A model generated the notes under the pieces. That model searched no databases and was not told the DNA's origin. It saw only the letters and a list, made by a program, of their open reading frames with translations. This document shows, piece after piece, positions 36,216-50,030 of a stretch of DNA of 64,000 bases. The position numbers were made by a program, and so were the translations under genes. Positions within the stretch are counted from its first letter, which is position 1. Every line of letters starts with the position of its first letter. Origin of the DNA: Octopus sinensis (taxonomy: Eukaryota); assembly GCF_006345805.1 (NCBI RefSeq), contig NC_043004.1, positions 6,324,001-6,388,000 on the forward strand. Reading direction: 5' to 3'.

Positions 36216-36771
36216 CAGTGGTTCTCAAACTGGGGTCCGCAGTCCCCTATGAGACCATGATGTGATCTTAGGGGGACCACGAAGGGACACTGTAGTATCA
36301 TGAAAACTGGTGGCTTGAGACAGTTAAGTTCAAAAATTTCAAAATTTTTCACATGCTATCATCCTTTTTTGTCGATGACTTCAAAACCCCACGCCTCTTC
36401 TACACACTCATTTGCTGATCCCACTTGTTGTACATGTGAGGTTGGCTGATGGAAAATATGTGGTTATAATGGTTGATCATGTAGGTAATGTCAGTATTCT
36501 AAGCTCACATGATTCACCACTCCACTATTGCAATCCACATGTTTGCACATCTCTCGCCATTGTTATCCTCACTGGTGCTTGTTCCTGTAGGACCTTGACC
36601 TTTGCCAGACACCCAGTCTCATCCCGGTTCATAGTCCAGAAATTGAGGTACATGAATGTATGTTATATTTTCTATGTTAATTATCCTGCATTTCATAGGG
36701 GACTGCAAATAATTGAAAAAAGTGTAAAGGGACCGGCACATAAAACTTTTTGAAAAGTTTGAAAACCACTG
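36216..36771. mobile_element. Non-autonomous hAT (Charlie-like) element
   Basis: 16-bp TIRs CAGTGGTT(C/T)TCAAACT; perfect 8-bp TSD CTATATAC (36208-15, 36772-79). Confidence 0.92.
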
Positions 36772-37254
36772 CTATATACAAACTGAAAAGTTTTGTTGTT
36801 GTAGTGTTTGTCCACTATGATACTGAGGTTTTGGGGTTCCTCATTTACTGAGTGAATCTTTGATTTTGTATAAGTTTTTATTACATAATATAACTTATAT
36901 GTACACACACACACTCATACAGAGGATGTGTTGGAGCAGCTGTTTATTGAACTGAATATTGTTAATATTTTCTGCAGACCAACAGTAGGATAAAAATGTA
37001 ATGTCAAAGCTAATTGGCAGGATTTGAATTATATCATTAATCGACGAAATTAATTACTGCTCAGCATGTTACTATTTGTGTCACTCTTACAGACCTGATA
37101 ATAATATCAGAATAAATTGTATTATAATAATAATTTTGTGGAAAGAAACCCTGTCAGACCTATGACAAAAGGTTGCTGTCTGCTCTCACAGAATCAACCA
37201 GAGCAAGTAAAACCAAGAACTCTAAGAAGTAAAATAATAATAACAATCCTTTTT

Positions 37255-37461
37255 ACTAAAGGCACAAAACCTGAAATATTTGGTGGAAAAGGACTAGTTG
37301 ATTACATCAACCCATGTTTCAATGGTACTCAATTTATTGACCCCAAAAAGATGAAAAGCAGCTGACATTGGTAAAATTTGAACTCAGAACATAAAAACAG
37401 ACAAAATGCCACTAAGATTTTTGCCTGGTGTGTTAATGATTCTACCAGCCTATTGGCTTAA

Positions 37462-37500
<39 letters not shown>

Positions 37501-37850
37501 AAATAATAATTTTTCAACCATAGACACAAGAACTAAAATTTGAAAGGGAAGGGCTAGTTGGTTACATCAATCCAGTATATAACTAGTACTTATTTTATCG
37601 ACCCTGAAAGGATGAAAGACAAAGTCAACCTCAGTGGAATTTGATAATAGCAATCGTAATCCATTCTATTACAGGTAGAAGGTCTGAAATTGGGGGTGGG
37701 TGGGGGTGAAGGCTAGTCAATTACATTGGCCCCAGTATTCAAATGGTACTTATTTCATCAACTCTGAAGAGATGAAAGGTATAGTCAACCTTGTTGGAAT
37801 TTGAACTCAGAACATAAAGCTGGAAGAAATGCTACCAAGTATTTTGTTCA
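37255..37850 (-). mobile_element. Cluster of three degraded family E SINE fragments with a (TAC)n tract at 37463-37500
   Basis: Repeated rc motifs GAAAGGATGAAAGGCAAAGTCAACC and TTTGAACTCAGAAC. Confidence 0.75.
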
Positions 37851-38429
37851 GCAGTAATAACAGTTTCAAACTGACACAAGGCCAGTAATTTTTAGGGAGT
37901 GGAGGAGGGGGGTCAGTGACATGATTATATATTTTATGATTTAAGTTTGCATGTTTTCAAAGTAACGAAGGAGTGAAATTAAAGTTTCATATTACATATT
38001 TGAGACAATTAATAAAGTTTTGTTTAGTTACCATTAGTCGAGTTCATGCAACATCTTGCAAGAAGCAAATCAATTCCATAAATATTTCCCCAACACAGCA
38101 CAGCAAGTGAGGCTCGTTAGTCATGCACTGTAGTGAATGTCAGCTGCCTAACAGATGTTGACATTTCTTTCTAAATCATTGACAAAGAGAATATTAATAA
38201 GCAATGACTTTGAACCTAAAACTTTACCTGGATTATAAATGTATATTCACACTTATAATTATTGATGTATTCTGCATATTCAGTTTGTAAGCAGAAAGTG
38301 AAAATGTACAAGACATTTCTAAAGTTTAGCATAGCATATTCTACTGTTCCTGTCTAAATTCTAATGATAGAGCTTCGTTTCATTGTAAGAAATCAATTCC
38401 TTATTTACAGGAAAAATTTAAAGAATTTA

Positions 38430-38906
38430 GGTGCAGGCATGGCCACAGATTAAAAAGCGTGATTTGTCACCAGTGGTTCAGGGTTCAATTTCCACTGGGT
38501 GGCACCTTGGGCGAGTGTCTTCTCATACAGCCCCAGCTTGACCAAAACTTTGCAAGTCAATTTGGTAAATGGAAACTGTGTGGAAGCCTAAGTATGCGTA
38601 TTCCCCACCTCACTACTTGACAATTGGTGTTTGTTTACATTCTCATAATTTAGTGGTTCAGCAAAAGATAGCAATAGAATAAATACTAGACTTAATAAAT
38701 AAATAAATAGGTGCAGGTGTGGGAGTCATGTGAATGGATTAGATAGATGGAAACTGAAAGAAACCCTTTGTGTGTGTGTACTTGTGTGTGTGTGTGTGTG
38801 TAATTGCGTGTGTGTGTGTGTGTGCATTTGCGTGTGAGTGTGTGTGTGCATTTGCATGTGAGTGTGTGTGTGTGCATTTGCGTGTGTATTCGTGTGTGTG
38901 TATATT

Positions 38907-38947
<41 letters not shown>

Positions 38948-39365
38948 ATTCGTGTGTGCACGCGTGCGCGTGTGTGCTTCTGTGCGTATGCTTGTGCGTA
39001 TGTGTGCACTTGTGTGCTTGTGTGTGCATGTGTGCACTTGTGTGCTTGTGTGTGCATGTGTGCACGCGCTTCTGTGAGTGTGTGTGTGCATGTGAGCTTT
39101 TGTGTGTGTGTGCATGTGAGCTTTTGTGTGTGTGTGTGTGCATGTGAGCTTTTGTGTGTGTGTATGTGTGTTCTCCCACCACTGCTTGAGACCGGTGTTG
39201 GCGAGTTTATGTCCCTGTCACTTAGAAGTTTGGCAAAAGACAACAGAATAGGTACTAGGTTTAAAGAAAAAGTCCTGGGATTGATTTGTTCGACAAAAAC
39301 CCTTCAAGCTGATGCCCCAGACTGGCCATGATCCAACAACTGAAACAAACTAAAAATAAAAAAAA
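38430..39365 (+). mobile_element. Two family A SINEs in tandem; the second has an expanded microsatellite
   Basis: Heads at ~38430 and ~38708; tail at 39170-39365. Confidence 0.75.
38770..39170. repeat. ~400-bp degenerate (TG)n minisatellite
   Basis: Directly visible; source of the spurious His/Thr- and Val/Cys-rich ORFs. Confidence 0.95.
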
Positions 39366-39904
39366 GTAAAATAAAATGGATAAATTAGTCCTAAATATGA
39401 ATCGTCAGAATAGCAGACGAGATGCCAAGGTTGAAAGATTGTGAAAATATTCATGGCTGGTTACGCACACAGCTAGAAACCATTTTTAACAATATTATAT
39501 TAAGTTGTTCATATTTTCTTACAAACTCGTCAGTTAGCTAGTAGAGTATGTGTATTAAATTTCCTGAGATAAGTGTTAAGGATGGATGGACTAAGCTGTT
39601 AATATGATCAGAGAGCATATTAAAGCATAAAGCATCGCCAGAGTGTGTGGGAGCAAGAATATTTGTAAAAGGTCACTAAACATTAAGGAAATTCATTATG
39701 TATTCCTAATTGTGTTGAGATAATTAACATAAGAAGGTGAGCTTTATTAATGTTTGTCAGGATATGTTCTTTCATACATGTGTACATTCTTCATTTTGGT
39801 GGGTTGTAGGGGGAGTAAGACATGAGAGAAGTGTTTTCATTTGATGTTGGGTGAAGACATGCCCACCCACCCCAAAAAAAACAGTGGTGGAGATATTATT
39901 TTTC

Positions 39905-40266
39905 TTTTTATTTGTTTCAGTCACTGGACTTTGGCCAAGCTGGGGCACTGCTTTGAAGGGTTTAGTCAAAGCAAATCAACCCCAATACGTTTCTTTTTAA
40001 AGTTTGGTACTCATTCTATTGCTCTCTTTTGTCAAACTGCTATGTTACATTGATGTAAACGAACCAACATCAGTTGTTCAGTGGCTGTCGGGGGAGACAC
40101 AAACACAAAGGCACACACACACACACACGGTAGGCTTCTACACAGTTTCCATCTTTCATATTCACTTACAAGATATTATTCAGGTCATGACTATAATAGA
40201 AGATACTTGCACAAGGTCCTGCACAGTGGGAATGAACCCAATACCACATACTTGTAAAAGGTAGCT

Positions 40267-40300
<34 letters not shown>
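39905..40300 (-). mobile_element. SINE family A
   Basis: rc tail, core and head. Confidence 0.75.
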
Positions 40301-40302
<2 letters not shown>

Positions 40303-40404
40303 ATGCCTACAGTTAGTGAATATATCAAAAACGAGGGGCATAGCTTCAGGTGTATGCTCCTTCCAGGTTATATGTATCTGTGTGCAAATGCATATATTCT
40401 TTTA

Positions 40405-40762
40405 TTTGTTTGTCATTTGACTGTGGCCATACTGGAGCATCTCCTTTAGTCGAGCAAATTGGCCCCAGGACTTATTTCATCGGCCTCTTTTGCCGAACCA
40501 CTAAGTTATGAGGACATAAACACACCAGCATCAGTTGTCAAGCAATGTTGGGGGTACAAACACACACACACACTCACACACATATATATATATATACAAT
40601 GGGCCTCTTTCAGTTTCTGTCTACTAACTCCACTAACAAGGTTTTGGTCGGCCCAAGGCTATAGTAGAAGACACTTGCTCAAGGTACCACGCAGTGAGAC
40701 CGAACCCAGAACCATGTGGTTGTTAAGCAAGCTACTTACCACACAGCCACTCCTGCACCTAT
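40405..40762 (-). mobile_element. SINE family A
   Basis: rc tail, core and head (ACCACACAGCCACTCCTGCACCT). Confidence 0.8.
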
Positions 40763-41289
40763 GTTCATAACACATGAACATGACAAAGAAAGATAGAAAG
40801 ATGGACATACAGAAAGATATAGACTTGTGTACATAAAAACTTAAACACATATGAACCCTTTATTCACCTTCTCAAAATGAGGAATTAATAAAATATTATA
40901 ACACCTAAAATAACGGGCATATAGACCAAGTGTTGTATTTAAAACAAATGCCAAATAAATTCACTGGTTTTCAATTTGTTTAATGTAGAATCATTTTTTC
41001 TAATATTCATTTCTTTGCATAAAAAAAATATATTTAGTAATAGTGCCAAAATATGATAGTTGTGCAAAACAAATGTGGCAGTTTGGTAAGAAGTTAGCTT
41101 CCCAGCCACATGGTTCCATCATATGTCATCTTGGGCAAGTGTCTTTAATATAGCCTCAAGCTAACTAAGGCCTTGTGAGTAGATTTGGTAGATGGAAACT
41201 GAAAGAAGCTCATCATATACATATATAGATGCATATTTACATATATATTTCAGTCCAATCCATGCCAGTATGGAAAACAGACATTAAAT

Positions 41290-41735
41290 GATGATATCTA
41301 GGCATGTTTAGCATGGGTCATTGCCAGTGCTGCCTGACTGGCTCTCATACCGGTGGCATATAAGAAGCACCATTTGAGCATGGTCATTACCAGTGCTGCT
41401 TGACTGACTCTTGTACCAGTGACATGTAAAAAGCACCATTCAAATGTGGTCGTTGCCATTGCCACTTGACTGGATCCCGTGCTAGTGACACGTAAAAAGC
41501 ACCATTCAAGTGTGGTCGATGACAGTACCATCTGACTGGCCCTCGTGCTGCTGGCACGTAAAAAGCATCCACTACACTCCTGGAGTGGTTGGCATTAAGA
41601 AGGGCATTCAGCTGTAGAAACTTTGTCAGATCAGATTGGAACCTGATGCAGTTTTCTGGCTTGTCAGTACTTAGTCAAACTGTCCAACCCATGCCAGGAT
41701 GGAAAGTGGACGTTAAACGACAATGAAGATGATGT
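41290..41735 (+). mobile_element. RTE LINE 3'UTR fragment with ~4 internal repeat units
   Basis: Repeated AAAAGCACCATT..TGTGGTC; tail GTGGACGTTAAACGACAATG. Confidence 0.8.
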
Positions 41736-42060
41736 ACATGTCTGTGTTTGTTCCCATAGATTGGTGCTTGAATAAGGGGGACCAATGGATTGGGTACCAG
41801 GCTTAGTAAGTACTGGGGTCGATTCAATCAACTAAAACTCTTCAAAACAATTCCCCAGCATAGCTGTAGTCTCATAACCGAAACAAGTAAAAAATGAACG
41901 ATAGTAAATGTGCCACAAGAAGCATCAGTCTGCATCTATTTAATTGATACTCATCACTCCTGTGGTGAGTTATAACTCCAAATTTGAGAATTCCTTGATG
42001 TACAGGTTCCCTTGCAAGAACCTACAAGTCAGAGGTGGAAAAATTCTTGTTATCAAAGGT

Positions 42061-42600
42061 GTAGGCTTGGCTGTGTGGTTGAGAGGTTCACTTTGCAACC
42101 ATGGACTTTCAGGCTCGGCCCCCATGGTGCAGTGCCTTAAGACGCTTAAGGTGCCACGCAGTGAGACTGAACCCAGAACCATGGGGTTGGTAAGCAAGCT
42201 ACTTACCACACAGCCACTCCTGCGCCTATGTTCATAATACATGAACATGACAAAGAAAGATGGACATACAGAAATGCTTTGTGAATGAATTTGGTTGATG
42301 AAAACTATGCAGAAGCCCATTATGTATGTGTGTATTGAGAGGAGGAGATGGAAAGGGGAGAGCAGGAGAGAGGGAGGGGAGAGGAGGGTGGAGAGAGGAG
42401 GGAGAGGAGGGTAAAGGAGAGAAAGAGAAGGGAGAGTCTTTGGGTCTGTGTGTGTTGACAATTGGTGCTGGTTTATATTTCTACAACTTAGTGGTTCTGC
42501 ATAGGGACCAATAGAATAAGTACTAGGTTTAAAAATAATTTCTGGGGGTCAATCCTTTTAATCAAAACCCTTTAAGGCAGTGCCCCTGTATTGCCACAGA
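42061..42600 (+). mobile_element. SINE family A containing a templated insert and a purine-rich tract
   Basis: Head 42061-42140; insert 42148-42274; GA/GGA tract 42340-42435; tail. Confidence 0.75.
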
Positions 42601-42935
42601 TTGGTAGATGGGTAAAGAGGTGCCAAATGATCTAAGTGGAAGACAAAGCCCAAGTAAAACATGGGACAAAGTGATGAAGACTGGTCTCATAAGAGACTCA
42701 TCTCAAAAGAAACAACAAAGAATCAAAACTAGGAGCAAAACACCATGTTAGACAAGATCCTCCTAACTCATGCAAGCATAGAAAATGGCAGTGAAAATTT
42801 GAATGGTGGTGGTGATAATTCTGGGCAGTCAAAGTAAGATTAAAGCTTTTCATTTATGAACTTTATAATGTTATCAAGTAATCACAGTTTGAGTCATGCT
42901 GATTAAAATATAAAATAATGGCTCTGTAGTTATAT

Positions 42936-42971
<36 letters not shown>

Positions 42972-43499
42972 TGTGTGTGTGTGTGTGTGTGTATGTGTGT
43001 GCATGCACATACACACATATCAAAGGCAGAAGTGGATGATTATCTCTCTAATAAATATCTAGAAATTGTAAGATAGCAAAACAGTATTTGGTGTGAGTCA
43101 TGCTGTAGTTATTTAATATAAGCCCTACCCTTGCATTGGTCCATACTTATCTTAGCTGAAACCCAAGTGATCACAGAACGATAGGAATAATCAATGAGTT
43201 AGATACATAATTTGATAAAATATTTTGTACATAGGGGAGTAAAAAAAGGGATAAAAAAAAATTAAATATTGAATAATACATTGTTGAATCTGTTTACACA
43301 AACCAAATCTTCCACATGAAGTAATTCATTGACTTACAGAGATATAAATCAATCTATAATATATGGTAGGCTAAGTGGTTAAAAAGCTGGGCAACTGGCA
43401 AAAGATGACAGTTAAAAACCTATTGCTGTAGTTACACTGAGTCATATCATTGCCAGAAAATAATCTTAAAATATATACACATCTATATATATATACACA

Positions 43500-43544
<45 letters not shown>

Positions 43545-43584
43545 TATATATATACATACATACATAAATAAATACATACATACA

Positions 43585-43791
43585 CTCTTTTACTTGTTTC
43601 AGTCATTTGACTGCAGCCATGCTGGAGCACCACCTTTAGTTGAGCAAATCGACCCCAGGACTTATTCTTTGTAAGTCTAGTACTTATTCTATTGGTCTCT
43701 TTTGCCGAACCGCTAAGTTACGGGGACGTAAACACACCAGTATCAGTTGTCAAGCAATGTTGGGGGGACAAACACAGACACACAAACATAT

Positions 43792-43856
<65 letters not shown>

Positions 43857-44026
43857 TACATACGACAGGCTTCTTTCATTTTCCATCTACCAAATCCATT
43901 CACAAGGCTTTGGTTGGCTCGAGGCTATAGTAGAAGACACTTGTCCAAGGTGCCATGCAGTAGGACTGAACCTGGAACTATGTAGTTCGTAAGCAAGCTA
44001 CTTACCACACAGCCACTCCTACGCCT
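43585..44026 (-). mobile_element. SINE family A
   Basis: Full rc copy with internal (CA)n/(TA)n. Confidence 0.85.
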
Positions 44027-44149
44027 ATATATATATATATATCTTTCACCAGATGGGGTACTTCTTTTGTTGATCTTATAACAGAACAGAACAGTACATT
44101 AGACAGACAGAGTCTCTTGATTCATGATTGTGTGGCTAACCATTATCCT

Positions 44150-44540
44150 TCACTTGTTTCAGTCACTGAACTGTAGTCACAGCTGGGGCACAGCTTTGTA
44201 GGGTTTAGTCGAACAAATCAGTCCCCAGATCCTATTTTTAAGTCTGGTACTTATTCTATTAGCCTCTTTTGCTGAGCTGCTAAGTTATTAGGACATAAAC
44301 AAACCAGCACCAATTGTCAAGCATCAATTGGTCTCTTTTGCCAAACCAGTTGTCAAGCAATGATGGTAGTGGGACAAACGCAAGTACAAAGATACACACA
44401 CAACAGACCTCCATAGTTTCCATCTGCCAAATCCATGTAAATGTCATTAGTCAGATCAAGGCCGTAGCAGACACTTGTCCAAGGTGCCACAAAGCTGAAC
44501 TGAACCAGAAACCGAATGGTTGTAAAGTTAGCCTTCTCTG
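44150..44540 (-). mobile_element. SINE family A (degraded, internal duplication)
   Basis: rc tail and core; TGGTCTCTTTTGC..GTTGTCAAGCA repeated. Confidence 0.65.
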
Positions 44541-44559
44541 CCAGCTCACCAGTGCCACA

Positions 44560-45045
44560 TGACTGGTACCCGTGCTGGTGACATGTTAGAAGCACCCATT
44601 AAACTCTTGGAGTGATTGATATTAGGAAGGGCATCCAACCGTAGAAACCATGCCAAACCAGACTGGAAGTTGGTGCCAGTTCCAATCAAACCATCTAACC
44701 CATGCCAGCATGGAAAGCAGATGCTAAATGATAATGATATTTTGTTTTTGTTTTTTGAAATATCTAATTGAAAAATTATAGTTATTTCCTTTGGTGTCAC
44801 ATATAAAAAAGCACTTAGGTGTTAGGAAGGGGATCCAGCCATAAAAACCATACCAAAGTAGACCTTGCCAGTGCTGGTGCCACATAAAAAGCACTCAGCC
44901 CACTTTGGAAAGTGGTTGGTGTTAGGAAGGGCATCCAGCTGAAAAAACCATGCCAAAACAGACAGCAAAGCATGGTGTAGTCCTCTGGCCTGCCAGCTCC
45001 TGTCCCTGTCAAACTATCCAACCTATACCAGCATGGAAGGGAAAT
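44560..45045 (+). mobile_element. Two RTE 3'-end fragments in tandem
   Basis: TTAGGAAGGGCATCCA occurs three times; CCATGCCAGCATGGAAAG tails. Confidence 0.7.
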
Positions 45046-45668
45046 GGATGCATGAGGATGTTTACTATGGGAATAGCTGAAAGTGTGGCTGGAACAAAAA
45101 AAAACATTATGAATAAAAACAAAGGCAACTAAAAACAAAATGTGCTGAGGTGTGTGTGTGTGCACGAGCGCAAAGTTTTCTTCTGTGAAGTACAAAAATA
45201 ATAAGAGGAATAATTCACAGACTATATTTATAGTAAAACTATAATGCAAAGTTCAGTACACAAATAGTATATCCTAAAAGCAAAAACTAAAACCAGACAT
45301 TACAGCAAATCTATTTCCTGGTTGTGAACAAAAGAAAAGAAAGAAAAACCAAATATCAATGGTCAAAAAATATATAAAACCTGCTGATAACAATGAAAAC
45401 TTAACGATAATGAAAAATACAACTGGGTTGCTATGATTATCACCTAAAATTAATTAAAAAGATGGCAATAACAATCAGTTCCTCTAGATGACTGGACTAG
45501 AGAGGCCTTGAAGCATCAATGAACCTGAAGAACTTGTTTGTTTCAAACAAATAAAAATGGAATATGAATGAAAATATGAAAAAAATTCTCAAAAGTAAAA
45601 TTTTTAATAGTATATACCACATTTGACGGTACACAATATGCACTCCTCATCCCACCCCTGGCAAGAAT

Positions 45669-45702
<34 letters not shown>

Positions 45703-46389
45703 ACCAGGTTGTATATGTAAAGTTGCTTTAAATATTACATACATTATTTAAAGCAACTTTAAATAAAATTTAAACATTTTTTCCTGAATATGCCCTGCTG
45801 CAATCAGGGTGCAGCTGTTATGCCATCAAATACAGTTGTTTTCAATAAGTTGTTTTAAACAAAAAGCAGAAAATAAAAGGAATACATGATTTATTGTCAT
45901 GGGATGTTTAGGAGATTCAGAATAACTGGTTCTTTTCTTTGAAGTTTTTAAGAGTGGGAAGAAGGAAAACTTTGATACTCATGTTTTTACTTAACACTAT
46001 AAATTAAATAAGCTGGTTAAAAATTCATACATGTAGATCAAAGCATAGCTGTGTGATTAAGCTCACTCAGCAACCATTATTGTTTGTGGGTAAGTCTCAC
46101 TGTGTTACACCTTGGACAGGTATCCTCTGCAACAGCCCTGTGCCAACCAGTGTTTTAAATAAATTTGGTAGGTGGAAACTGTGTGGAAGCTTGTTATATA
46201 TATGCATGTGTCTGTGTTTGTATTTGCTGTCCCCTCCACAATGATGATGAAGCTGTGTAGCTCCAGATCATACATGATAGGGTAAACCAAGGAAAAAATG
46301 TCATTTCTAGCCATGACCATCTTGTTTGTTCCAGTTACTCTATTTTTTGGATTAGATAAAAGACATTAGTAATGTCTTTTACTTTTTAT

Positions 46390-46750
46390 CTTGTACTTGT
46401 TTCAGTCATTAGTCTGTGGCCATGCTGGGGCACCATTTTGAAGAATTTTTGGTTTTTAGTCAAATGTATTGACCCCAGTACTTATTTTTTCTTTATAAGC
46501 TTGGGGACTTGTTTTATCAGTCACTTTTGTTGAACTGCTAGGTTGTCAAGCGGTGGTGAGGGTACAAACACAGACAAAGACACACACACATATACGACAG
46601 ACTTCTTTCAGTTTCCATCTAGCAAATCCACTCACAAGACTTTGGTTGGCCCAAGGCTATAGCAGAAGACACTTGCTCAAGGTGTCACGCAGTTGGACTG
46701 AACCCGGAACCATGTGATTGGGAAGTAAGCTTCTTACCACACAGCAGTGC
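46390..46750 (-). mobile_element. SINE family A
   Basis: rc tail, core and head. Confidence 0.8.
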
Positions 46751-48384
46751 CAGTGCGTTTTTTTTTATAAATGTAGGGGTGAGATTTGAAGATTTGATGA
46801 CTACTTTTTCGCTATTTGAGATGCCATGCACCTGAAATATTTGCTATTTCATGCTATTATTTCATATTTCATTTGAATGACTCATTGGTTTGTGAAATTA
46901 TGAACCAAGAGAAAGGATTAACTCTTTAAGCCTCAATCAGGAGATATCTAGTAAAAATGAAAAGTACAAATAAGTCTTAAGGTTTTAAGCAGGATTAGGG
47001 CACCTCACAACTGATGACTAAGAACTCCATAAAAACCTACTAACAATTCCTACCTGGAGGTAAAACTGAAGGATTGACCTATTTATCTTTAACAATCCCA
47101 TTTTGATGACCTACTAAGACAACTTCAAGTAATGAGCATGGTAACTATCTTCCTTTCTGATTCATGTCTGAAAACCACTTTAAAAGTTTAAAACAGACTT
47201 TTTAAGTGGGTTCATTGCTGAGGTGCTGGAAAACTGAAACCAACTGCAAGGATTTAGTTGTACCTAGTAGACAAGATAGGCTGTTCTACTTGCTTCAATC
47301 TAGTCATCATCATTTAATGTCCATTTTCCATTGTGACATGAGTCAAATGGTTTGACAGGAACTGACAAGCGAGAGGACTGTACCAAGCTCCAGTGTCTAC
47401 TTTGGTATGGTTTCTACAGTTAGATGTCCTTTCTAATGCCAACCACTTTACTGAGTCTACTGAGTTCTTTTTTTCTTCTTCATGGCACCAGCACTAGTGA
47501 AATCACCAAATATTCACAAGATGAGACCACTCGACTAAATGGAATAGAGTAATGAATGAGGTAAAAGTATGGCAGAGGGGCAGGAGCAGGTATCTTGTTG
47601 AAGAGGTAAATATGACTTCTCCATCTAGAAAAAGATCACTAAATAAAATAAATGCACTATTTATACAGAATCTTGAGAAGTAACAACTTATTAATCAATG
47701 TACCAGGTGTTTATTCTCTGTTACTAGCGTTTTGCTCTTCCTTTGTCAAAACATTAAACATCACAGTGAAGCCAGTGAGAATAGAAAATGGTAATAAAAA
47801 AAAAAAAAAGAAACTGGCAAGGTGAACAAAACCGAAGAAAATGGAGGAGGTATTTTGGTAATCTGCACACTTTAGACTAATTTTTCATTCATGCGAAACA
47901 AGTATATTTGTTGAATGGTCACTGTTTAGAAGAGTATTCTAACAATGAAAGCATATACTCAAACAATTCGTATAACAATATACTCTAACAATTCATCCAG
48001 CAGATCATCTGCTGGACCAAAAAATTATCTTCACTTTGGAGTTCGTTAACAAGTAATGGTCATACATCATTGAGCTAACTTCTATGACGCACCATACATG
48101 TGCGCGTGTGTGTGCACATACAAGGGTTGTACTGAAAGTACCATATCAGATAGAATAAAAGTTGCACAGGCATATTAGACACACCTCCATTTCAACAGTG
48201 TATGCTTAGGATAAAAGTTTTTAGTGCATTAAAGCTTATGGGAGGCCCAAGTTTGCACATGGGATCCAGGGACATTTTTTTTTAAACATTTTTTAGAAAA
48301 ACTGCATCTTGTATACCATCAAATATAATAAAACAAAAATACTAACTTTTTTGGCCTATGCCAGTGGTGTAACCAGCCCACTTA

Positions 48385-48875
48385 TGTGCACCTTTCATTT
48401 ATTGGACACTAAACTCTGCTTGCAAAGACCTGTTGAGGCAAGTGAAATCGAAATCAAATTTGATGACTGGCATCCATGCTAGTGGGGCACTAAGAGCACC
48501 ATCCGAGCGTGATCATTGCCAGAGCCGCTGACTGGCTTCCATGCTGGTGGCACGTAAAAAGCACCATTCGAGGCTGATTGTTACCAGCGTCGTCTTACTG
48601 GCACGTGAAAAAAACATTCAAGCGAGGTTGTTGCCAGTGTCACAGGACTGGCTCCTGTGCAGGTGGCACATGAAAAACACCATTTGAGCGTGGCCGTTGC
48701 CAGTACGTAAAAGCACCCACTACATTCTCAGAGTGGTTGGCATTAGGAAGAGCATCCAGCAGTAGAAACTCTGCCAGATCAGATTGGAGCCTGGTGCAGC
48801 CATCAGGTTCGCCAGTCCTTAGTCAAATCGTCCAACCCATGCCAGCATGGAAAGCAGACATTAAACGATGATGAT
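48385..48875 (+). mobile_element. RTE LINE 3'UTR fragment
   Basis: AAGACCTGTTGAGGCAAGTGA as at 23205; internal repeats; (GAT)n tail. Confidence 0.85.
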
Positions 48876-49589
48876 GCACACCTGTTGATTTGTCAAAAGA
48901 ACATGATACCAACCATGTGTCTAATCCCTTGACTTATTACAAAACTGATAAAAAGACACCAAGTATCTTTAACCCTTTAGCATTCAGATTACTCTGTCAT
49001 ATGTAATACTTATTTATTCAAGTTGTCTTGAATTAATCAAGCATTATCTTGTAGCTTTGAGATTCCATTATTTATTTTTAGAATGATATTGCAGGGTAGG
49101 TGTGACTAACAATCTATTTCCAACAAGTAGATCATGTTTTTGCAAATATAGTCTGCTATACAAGAGTTATACTCAAAGAAATGCAAAATTTGGCTTAACA
49201 TCTTTGCTAACTGCCACCAGTCATTCAAATTGTACATGTTGGTAGAGCAACTCTTCCTCCAGAGTAACAATTTCTTGTTCTTCTTCATTGCAGGCAAACA
49301 ATGGGTCCCAAGTAGAACAGATATTGATAAAATGAGTACTGGGGTCGATATAATTGACTAAAAACCTTTGAAGATAGTGATGCAGCATGGAGCATAGTCC
49401 AATAACTAAAGCAGATATACTACTGAAATATAGAACAGAAATTAATATAACCATGTATGTGTTTCATATAACCTGCCTGACTGTACCATGATGTATAAAT
49501 CAGATATTGTATGGTCAATGAAATTAAAGTGTATAAACAATACTGATGAATAGGTCATTTATGACTTGGAGAAAACAGAACTAAATGGA

Positions 49590-50030
49590 GAATAGGGCAG
49601 TGCCAATTAGTAGAAAACTACTAATTATGCTTCCCAACCACATGGTTCTGAGTTCAATCCCACTGCATGGCACCTTGGGAAATGTTTCCACTACTACTAT
49701 AGATCCAAGTCAACCAAAGCATCATGAATGGATTCAGAAGATGGAAACTGAAGGAGGCCTGTCATATATGTATGTGTGCTTGTGTGTGTATGTTTGTGTG
49801 TCCTTGTTTTGACATCATGTGACAGCTGTACAAGAGTGTCTATCATACAAGCAGTGTCATTAATTTTCAATATTCTAAGAGAACTTGTCTGCCAAGTGGA
49901 ATATTACCATGCTTGAAAACAGATGAGAGTTGGCAACATGAAGGGCTTATGGTTGTAGAAAATCTACCTCAGCAAATTCCATCTGACCCATGCAAATATG
50001 GAAAACTGGACATTAACTGACAATGATGAA
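49590..50030 (+). mobile_element. SINE family B
   Basis: Family-A head and core plus family-B body and tail. Confidence 0.75.

Noticed and set aside
38228-38271. 44-nt minus-strand exon candidate (xYINNYKCEYTFIIQ), vaguely CUB-like when joined to the 27.3-kb candidate
   Set aside because: Very AT-rich and short, the similarity is subjective, and open frames of this length arise by chance
38692-39331. Long ORFs of 125-183 aa (His/Thr- or Val/Cys-rich), and similar ORFs at 5120, 8851, 14498, 43640
   Set aside because: Translations of (CA)n/(TG)n/(TA)n microsatellites and SINE bodies; no coding signal
42340-42435. GGA/GA-rich tract with G4 or triplex potential
   Set aside because: It sits at the normal microsatellite position within a SINE; a simple expansion with no evidence of function
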